Part shown: positions 54,770 to 64,000 of the stretch, piece by piece
Layout: every line of letters starts with the position of its first letter
How positions within the stretch are numbered: position 1 is the stretch's first letter
From: the human T2T-CHM13v2.0 reference genome, Homo sapiens
DNA length: 64,000 nucleotides
Strand: one strand, 5' to 3'
Assembly: GCF_009914755.1 (NCBI RefSeq)
Contig: NC_060948.1
Position numbers and translations under genes: made by a program
The notes under the pieces: generated by a model
Told to the model about the DNA's origin: nothing
Database searches by the model: none
What the model saw: the letters and a program-made list of their open reading frames with translations, nothing else

Positions 54770-57700
54770 GGCCTGGAATAAAGTGGAATGCTACGGTCTC
54801 GAATGGAATAAAAATGTATGGAATGGAATGCAATGAAACGGAATCGAATGTCATAGAATGTAATGGAATGCAAAAAAATGGAATCCAAAATCATTGACTG
54901 GAAAGGCTGGGTGTCGAAAGGAATTGACTCCAATGGAATGGAATCGAATGGAATGGAAGTGAATAGAATCGAACTAAATCGAATGGAATGGAATTGATAG
55001 GAACGGAATGGAAAGGAATGCAATGATTTGGCATGGAATGGAATCGAATGGCATCGAATGGAATGGAATGGAATGCAATGGAATGGAATGTATTAGAATG
55101 TAATGAACTTTAATGGAATGTACTCGAATGGATTCGACTGGAATGGAATGTTCTGGAAGTGAATGGACTCCAATGGAATGGATTCAAAAGGAATGGAATC
55201 GTACGGAATGGAATCTAATGGAATGGAATTAAATGGAAATGAATCAAATTGAATAGCACGGAATTGAATTGAATGGAATGGAATGCAATGGAATCTAATG
55301 AAACGGAAAGGAAAGGAATGGAATGGAATGGAATGGGCTGGAATGGAAAGGAATCGAAACGAATGGAATGGAATCGAACTGAAGAGACTGGAATGGAATG
55401 CACTGGAATGGAAGGGAGTGTAATGGAAGGTTCTCGAAAAAAATGGAATCGAATGGAATGGAATTGAATGGAACGGAGTAGAGTCGAATGGAATTGAATG
55501 GAATGGAATGGACTAGAGTGAAATGGAATCCAACCACAAGGAATGGACAGGAATAGAATGGTCTCGAATTGAATGGAATCGTATGGAATGGCATCAAACG
55601 GAATGGAATGGACAGCCACGGAATGGAATGCACTCGAATGCAATGGAGTCGAAACTAACGGACTGGAATAGAATGGACTCGACTGGTACGGACTCCAATG
55701 GAATGGAATCGAATGGAAGGGAATCGAACGGAAGGGAATCGAACGGAATGGACTCGAAGGGAAAAGACTGCAATGGAAAGGTCTCGAATGGAATGGAAAT
55801 TAATGGAATGGAATGGAATCGAATGAAATGGAGTCAAAAGGAATGGAATCGAATGGTAAGAAATCGAATGTAATGGAATCGCAAGGAATTGATGTGAACG
55901 GAACGGAATGGAATGGAATCCAAAGGAATGGAATAGAATGGAATGGAATCGAATGGAAAGGACTCGAATGGAAATCACTCGAATAGAATGCAATTTAATA
56001 AAATAGGATCAAATGTAATGGAATGGAATGGAAAGGAATCGAAACGAAAGGAATGGAGACAGATGGAATGGAATAGAACAGAGAGCAATGGTATAGAATG
56101 GAATGGAATCATCTGGAATGGAATTGAATGGAATGGAATAATATGAAATGGAATGGAATGGAATGGAATGGAATGCCCTTGAATTAAATGGACTGGAATG
56201 GAATGGACTCGAACAGAGTGGAATGGAAAGTTGAGATAGAATGGAATGGACTCCTTTGGAATGGTGTAGTATGCAATGCAATCGACTGGCAGGGAATCAA
56301 AAGGAATGTAATCGAATGGATTGGACTGGAATGCAATGGACTCGAATAGATTGGAAACGGAATGCAAAGGAATGGAATGGAATAGTATGGAATGGAATGG
56401 AAAGGAATGGAGTGGAATAGACTAGAGTGGAATGGAATGGACTGGAAAGCAATGGACTGGAATGGAACTTTCTTGAATGGACTGGAATCAAACGGAATGG
56501 AATGCAATGCAATCAAATGGCATGGAATAAAATAGAATGAAAGAGAATCAAATGGAATTGAATCGAATGGAATCGAATGGATTGGAAAGGAATAGAATGG
56601 AATGGAATGGAATGGACTAGAATGGAATGGATTCGAATGGAAGGCAAAGGAAATGAATCTATTGGAATGGACTGTAATGGAAAGGAATGGAAGGGATTGG
56701 AATGGACTCGAATGGAATGGACTGCAATAGAAAGGATTCGAATGGAATGAAAAAGAATTGAATGGAATAGAACAGAATGGAATCAAATCGAATGAAATGG
56801 AATGGAATAGAAAGGAATGGAATGAAATGGAATGGAAAGGATTCGAATGGAATGCAATCGAATGGAATGGAATCGAACGGAATGGAATAAAATGGAAGAA
56901 AACTGGCAAGAAATGGAATCGAAATGAATGGAGTGTTATGGAACGGACTCAAAAGGAATTGAATGTAATAGAATGGAGTGGAGTGGACTCGAATATAATG
57001 GACTGGAATGGAATGAAATCACATGGAATGGGAACGAATGGAATGGAATGGAAAGGAATGGAATCGAATGGAAAGGAATCGAATGGAAGGGAATGAAATT
57101 GAATCAACAGGAATGGAAGGGAATAGAATAGACGGTAATGGAATGGACTCGAATAGAATGGACACGAATGCTCAAATTGAATGGACTCGAATGGAATGGA
57201 AACGAAAGGAATGTCATCGAATGGAATTGAATCGATTGGAATGAAATCGCATAGAATGGAGTGGAATCAAATGGAATTGAATCGAAAGGAAAGGAAGCGA
57301 ATGGACTGAAATGAAATGGAATGGAATTGAATGGAAAGTAATGCAATGGAATAGAATGGAACGAAATTTCACGGAATGGAATCAAACTGAATGGAATCAA
57401 ATCAATGGAATCCAATCAAATGGAATGGAGTAGATTGGATTGAATGGGATTGGAATGAAATGTACTGGAAAGGACTCGAATTTCATGAAACGGAATGGAA
57501 TGAATTGGAACGGAATGGACTCGAATGGAATGGAATGTCATAGAATGGCATCAAATGGAATGGCATCAAATGGAATGGAATCGAATGCAATGGAATGCTA
57601 TGGAATGGAATGGAATGCATTGGAATGGAATGTCCTCTAATGGAATGGATTCGAGTGGAATGGAATCGAATATAATGGAGTCGAATGAAATGGAATTGAA

Positions 57701-58301
57701 AGGAATGGGATCGAATACAATGGAATATACTGGAATGTAATGTAATTAACTGGAATGTAATTGAATGGAATGGAATGTACATGAATGGAATGTAATCGAA
57801 TGGAAAGTAATCCAATGGAATAGAATCTAATGCAATAAAATCGACTCAGATAGAGTAGAATGTAATGGAATGGAGTGCAGTGCAATGGAATGGAATGGAA
57901 TGGAATGCAATGGAATGGAATGGAATGGAATGGAATGGGATGGAATGGTATGGAATGGATAGTAATGGACTGGAGTGAAATGGACTGGAAAGGAATGGAC
58001 TCAAATTGAAAGGGCTCGAAAGGAATGGAGTCAAATGGAATGGTCTGGAATGGAATGAACACGAATGTAATGCAACCCAATAGAATGGAATCGAATGGCA
58101 TGGAATATAAAGAAATGGAATCGAAGAGAATGGAAACAAATGGAATGGAATTGAATGGAATGGAATTGAATGGAATGGGAACGAATGGAGTGAAATTGTA
58201 TGCAGTAGAATGGAATAGAATGGAATGCAAGCGAAAGGAAAGGAATGGATTGGAATGGAATGGAATTCATTGGAATGGAAGGGAATGTAGTGTAATGGAC
58301 A
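54770..58301 (+). repeat. U17: unit, 3532 bp (mosaic; distal part D-like)
   Basis: GGCC at 54770 and 58302. Private 2-bp deletion GAAAGTTGAG (~56230). GGAATCCAATC and GTCATAGAAT are as in U3 and U13. Confidence 0.88.
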
Positions 58302-61300
58302 GGCCTGGAATAAAGTGGAATGCTACGGTCTCGAATGGAATAAAAATGTATGGAATGGAATGCAATGAAACGGAATCGAATGTCATAGAATGTAATGGAA
58401 TGCAAAAAAATGGAATCCAAAATCATTGACTGGAAAGGCTGGGTGTCGAAAGGAATTGACTCCAATGGAATGGAATCGAATGGAATGGAAGTGAATAGAA
58501 TCGAACTAAATCGAATGGAATGGAATTGATAGGAACGGAATGGAAAGGAATGCAATGATTTGGCATGGAATGGAATCGAATGGCATCGAATGGAATGGAA
58601 TGGAATGCAATGGAATGGAATGTATTAGAATGTAATGAACATTAATGGAAGGTACTCGAATGGATTCGACTGGAATGGAATGTTCTGGAAGTGAATGGAC
58701 TCCAATGGAATGGATTCGAAAGGAATGGAATCGAACGGAATGGATTCTAATGGAATGGAATTAAATGGAAATGAATCAAATTGAATAGCACGGAATTGAA
58801 TTGAATGGAATCGAATGCAATGGAATCTAATGAAACGGAAAGGAAAGAATGGAATGGAATAGAATGGGCTGGAATGGAAAGGAATCGAAACGAATGGAAT
58901 GGAATCGAACTGAAGAGACTGGAATGGAATGCACTGGAATGGAAGGGAGTGTAATGGAAGGTTCTCGAAAAAAATGGAATCGAATGGAATGGAATTGAAT
59001 GGAAAAGAATAGAGTCGAACGGAATTGAATGGAATGGAATGGACTAGAGTGAAATGGAATCGAACCACAAGGAATGGACTGGAATAGAATGGTCTCGAAT
59101 TGAATGGAATCGTATGGAATGGCATCAAACGGAATGGAATGGACAGCCACGGAATGGAATGCACTCGAATGCAATGGAGTCGAAACTAATGGACTGGAAT
59201 AGAATGGACTCGACTGGTACGGACTCCAATGGAATGGAATCGAATGGAAGGGATTCGAACGGAAGGGAATCGGACGGAATGGACTCGAAGGGAAAAGACT
59301 GCAATGGAAAGGTCTCGAATGGAATGGAAATTAATGGAATGGAATGGAATCGAATGAAATGGAGTCAAAAGGAATGGAATCGAATGGCAAGAAATCGAAT
59401 GTAATGGAATCGCAAGGAATTGATGTGAACGGAACGGAATGGAATGGAATCCAAAGGAATGGAATAGAATGGAATGGAATCGAATGGAAAGGACTCCAAT
59501 GGAAATCACTCGAATAGAATGCAATTTAATAAAATAGGATCAAATGTAATGGAATGGAATGGAAAGGAATCGAAACGAAAGGAATGGAGACAGATGGAAT
59601 GGAATGGAACAGAGAGCAATGGTATAGAATGGAATGGAATCATCTGGAATGGAATTGAATGGAATGGAATAATATGAAATGGAATGGAATGGAATGGAAT
59701 GGAATGCCCTTGAATTAAATGGACTGGAATGGAATGGACTCAAACAGAGTGGAATGGAAAGTGTTGAGATAGAATGGAATGAACTTCTTTGGAATGGTCT
59801 AGTAGGCAATGCAATCGACTGGCAGGGAATCAAAAGGAATGTAATCGAATAGATTGGACTGGAATGCAATGGACTCGAATAGATTGGAAACGGAATGCAA
59901 AGGAATGGAATGGAATAGTATGGAATGGAATGGAAAGGAATGGAGTGGAATAGACTAGAGTGGAATGGAATGGACTGGAAAGCAATGGACTGGAATGGAA
60001 CTTTCTTGAATGGACTGGAATCAAACGGAATGGAATGCAATGCAATCAAATGGCATGGAATAAAATAGAATGAAAGAGAATCAAATGGAATTGAATCGAA
60101 TGGAATCGAATGGATTGGAAAGGAATAGAATGGAATGGAATGGAATTGACTCAAATGGAATGGACTAGAATGGAATGGATTCGAATGGAAGGCAAAGGAA
60201 TGGAATCTATTGGAATGGACTGTAATGGAATGGAATGGAAGGGATTGGAATGGACTCGAATGGAATGGACTGCAATAGAAAGGATTCGAATGGAATGAAA
60301 AAGAATTGAATGGAATAGAACAGAATGGAATCTAATCGAATGAAATGGAATGGAATAGAAAGGAATGGAATGAAATGGAATGAAAAGGATTCGAATGGAA
60401 TGCAATCGAATGGAATGGAATCGAACGGAATGGAATAAAATGGAAGAAAACTGGCAAGAAATGGAATCGAAATGAATGGAGTGTTATGGAACGGACTCAA
60501 AAGGAATTGAATGTAATAGAATGGAGTGGAGTGGACTCGAATATAATGGACTGGAATGGAATGAAATCACATGGAATGGGAACGAATGGAATGGAATGGA
60601 AAGGAATGGAATCGAATGGAAAGGAATCGAATGGAAGGGAATGAAATTGAATCAACAGGAATGGAAGGGAATAGAATAGACGGTAATGGAATGGACTCGA
60701 ATAGAATGGACACGAATGCTCAAATTGAATGGACTCGAATGGAATGGAAACGAAAGGAATGTCATCGAATGGAATTGAATCGATTGGAATGAAATCGCAT
60801 AGAATGGAGTGGAATCAAATGGAATTGAATCGAAAGGAAAGGAAGCGAATGGACTGAAATGAAATGGAATGGAATTGAATGGAAAGTAATGCAATGGAAT
60901 AGAATGGAACGAAATTTCACGGAATGGAATGAAACTGAATGGAATCAAATCAATGGAATCAAATCAAATGGAATGAAAAGGAATTGAATGGAGTAGATTG
61001 GATTGGATGGGATTGGAATGAAATGTACTGGAAAGGACTCGAATTTCATGAAACGGAATGGAATGAATTGGAACGGAATTGACTCGAATGGAATGGAATG
61101 TCATGGGATGGCATCAAATGGAATGGCATCAAATGGAATGGAATCGAATGCAATGGAATGCTATGGAATGGAATGGAATGCATTGGAATGGAATGTCCTC
61201 TAATGGAATGGATTCGAGTGGAATGGAATCGAATATAATGGAGTCGAATGAAATGGAATTGAAAGGAATGGGATCGAATACAATGGAATATACTGGAATG

Positions 61301-61869
61301 TAATGTAATGAACTCGAATGTAATTGACTGGAATGGAATGTAATCGAATGGAAAGTAATCCAATGGAATAGAATCTAATGCAATAAAATCGACTCAGATA
61401 GAGTAGAATGTAATGGAATGGAGTGCAGTGCAATGGAATGGAATGGAATGGAATGCAATGGAATGGAATGGAATGGAATGGAATGGAATGGAATGGAATG
61501 GAATGGGATGGAATGGTATGGAATGGATAGTAATGGACTGGAATGAAATGGACTGGAAAAGTATGGACTCAAATTGAAAGGGCTCGAAAGGAATGGAGTC
61601 AAATGGAATGGTCTGGAAAGGAATGAACACGAATGTAATGCAATCCAATAGAGTGGAATCAAATGGCATGGAATATAAAGAAATGGAATCGAAGAGAATG
61701 GAAACAAATGGAATGGAATTGAATGGAATGGAATTGAATGGAATGGGAACGAATGGAGTGAAATTGTATGTAGTAGAAGAGAATAGAATGGAATGCAAGC
61801 GAAAGGAAAGGAATGGATTGGAATGGAATGGAATTCATTGGAATGGAAGGGAATGTAGTGTAATGGACA
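58302..61869 (+). repeat. U18: unit, 3568 bp (mosaic; proximal part E-like)
   Basis: GGCC at 58302; the next site is mutated to GGTC at 61870. Private 15-bp deletion of TACATGAATGGAATG near 61340. Confidence 0.88.
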
Positions 61870-64000
61870 GGTCTGGAATAAAGTGGAATGCTACGGTCTC
61901 GAATGGAATAAAAATGTATGGAATGGAATGCAATGAAACGGAATCGAATGTCATAGAATGTAATGGAATGCAAAAAAATGGAATCCAAAATCATTGACTG
62001 GAAAGGCTGGGTGTCGAAAGGAATTGACTCCAATGGAATGGAATCGAATGGAATGGAAGTGAATAGAATCGAACTAAATCGAATGGAATGGAATTGATAG
62101 GAACGGAATGGAAAGGAATGCAATGATTTGGCATGGAATGGAATCGAATGGCATCGAATGGAATGGAATGGAATGCAATGGAATGGAATGTATTAGAATG
62201 TAATGAACTTTAATGGAATGTACTCGAATGGATTCGACTGGAATGGAATGTTCTGGAAGTGAATGGACTCCAATGGAATGGATTCAAAAGGAATGGAATC
62301 GTACGGAATGGAATCTAATGGAATGGAATTAAATGGAAATGAATCAAATTGAATAGCACGGAATTGAATTGAATGGAAAGGAATGCAATGGAATCTAATG
62401 AAACGGAAAGGAAAGGAATGGAATGGAATGGAATGGACTGGAATGGAAAGGAATCGAAACGAATGGAATGGAATCGAACTGAAGAGACTGGAATGGAATG
62501 CACTGGAATGGAAGGGAGTGTAATGGAAGGTTCTCGAAAAAAATGGAATCGAATGGAATGGAATTGAATGGAACGGAATAGAGTCGAATGGAATTGAATG
62601 GAATGGAATGGACTAGAGTGAAATGGAATCGAACCACAAGGAATGGACAGGAATAGAATGGTCTCGAATTGAATGGAATCGTATGGAATGGCATCAAACG
62701 GAATGGAATGGACAGCCACGGAATGGAATGCACTCGAATGCAATGGAGTCGAAACTAATGGACTGGAATAGAATGGACTCGACTGGTACGGACTCCAATG
62801 GAATGGAATCGAATGGAAGGGAATCGAACGGAAGGGAATCGAACGGAATGGACTCGAAGGGAAAAGACTGCAATGGAAAGGTCTCGAATGGAATGGAAAT
62901 TAATGGAATGGAATGGAATCGAATGAAATGGAGTCAAAAGGAATGGAATCGAATGGCAAGAAATCGAATGTAATGGAATCGCAAGGAATTGATGTGAACG
63001 GAACGGAATGGAATGGAATCCAAAGGAATGGAATAGAATGGAATGGAATCGAATGGAAAGGACTCCAATGGAAATCACTCGAATAGAATGCAATTTAATA
63101 AAATAGGATCAAATGTAATGGAATGGAATGGAAAGGAATCGAAACGAAAGGAATGGAGACAGATGGAATGGAATGGAACAGAGAGCAATGGTATAGAATG
63201 GAATGGAATCATCTGGAATGGAATTGAATGGAATGGAATAATATGAAATGGAATGGAATGGAATGGAATGGAATGCCCTTGAATTAAATGGACTGGAATG
63301 GAATGGACTCAAACAGAGTGGAATGGAAAGTGTTGAGATAGAATGGAATGAACTTCTTTGGAATGGTCTAGTAGGCAATGCAATCGACTGGCAGGGAATC
63401 AAAAGGAATGTAATCGAATAGATTGGACTGGAATGCAATGGACTCGAATAGATTGGAAACGGAATGCAAAGGAATGGAATGGAATAGTATGGAATGGAAT
63501 GGAAAGGAATGGAGTGGAATAGACTAGAGTGGAATGGAATGGACTGGAAAGCAATGGACTGGAATGGAACTTTCTTGAATGGACTGGAATCAAACGGAAT
63601 GGAATGCAATGCAATCAAATGGCATGGAATAAAATAGAATGAAAGAGAATCAAATGGAATTGAATCGAATGGAATCGAATGGATTGGAAAGGAATAGAAT
63701 GGAATGGAATGGAATTGACTCAAATGGAATGGACTAGAATGGAATGGATTCGAATGGAAGGCAAAGGAATGGAATCTATTGGAATGGACTGTAATGGAAT
63801 GGAATGGAAGGGATTGGAATGGACTCGAATGGAATGGACTGCAATAGAAAGGATTCGAATGGAATGAAAAAGAATTGAATGGAATAGAACAGAATGGAAT
63901 CTAATCGAATGAAATGGAATGGAATAGAAAGGAATGGAATGAAATGGAATGAAAAGGATTCGAATGGAATGCAATCGAATGGAATGGAATCGAACGGAAT
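61870..64000 (+). repeat. U19: partial unit
   Basis: Begins at the mutated HaeIII site. Shares GGACTCCAATGGAAATC, GAACTTCTTT and GAATCTAATCG with U18. Confidence 0.85.

Larger units (their letters stand above)
1..64000 (+). repeat. DYZ1: Human satellite 3 (HSat3) tandem array, DYZ1-type (Yq12), GGAAT strand on +
   Basis: Diverged (GGAAT)n pentamers run throughout. Landmark motifs (GGACAGGCCTGG, GGAATTCATTGG, GGCTGGGTGTCG, CAGCCACGG, GCAATTTAATAAAATAGG) recur every ~3.51-3.58 kb. One HaeIII and one EcoRI site per unit and a ~3.56-kb period match the established DYZ1 unit. The chromosome assignment rests on recognition, not alignment. Confidence 0.93.

Noticed and set aside
53-63974. Several hundred ORFs of 60-319 aa on both strands (MEWNG- and FHSIP-rich)
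   Set aside because: They are translations of a 5-bp repeat that has no stop codon in its pure form. They overlap in several frames, recur with each unit and are freely frameshifted between units, with no recognisable domain.
1-64000. CRISPR-like or other prokaryotic repeat system
   Set aside because: There is no repeat-unique-spacer alternation and no cas or other gene; the sequence is primate satellite DNA.
1-64000. Source of reported testis-expressed Yq12 non-coding transcripts
   Set aside because: No promoter, exon or transcript boundary can be assigned from this sequence alone; alignment to long-read RNA data would be needed.

Overview
The whole 64-kb window is one uninterrupted, single-orientation array of human satellite 3 (GGAAT/ATTCC pentamers). 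It is organised as ~3.5-3.6-kb units, each with one EcoRI site and one HaeIII/StuI site, which matches DYZ1 of Yq12 heterochromatin. I count 18 complete HaeIII-to-HaeIII units (U1-U18) plus two partial ones (U0, U19). I see no credible protein-coding gene, RNA gene, transposon or CRISPR array; all listed ORFs are translations of the pentamer. The structure worth attention is: (i) three perfect heat-shock elements at fixed positions in the unit, lost in some unit lineages and all absent from U14; (ii) a degenerate higher-order order of unit haplotypes (C-A-B-D-E, then C-A-A-A, then C-F-B-F-D-E'); (iii) two kinds of ~0.9-kb deletion units with homology at the junctions; (iv) a recent near-perfect triplication, a non-adjacent unit copy and mosaic units; (v) one hypervariable pure (GGAAT)n tract per unit. 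All counts were made by eye and should be confirmed computationally.
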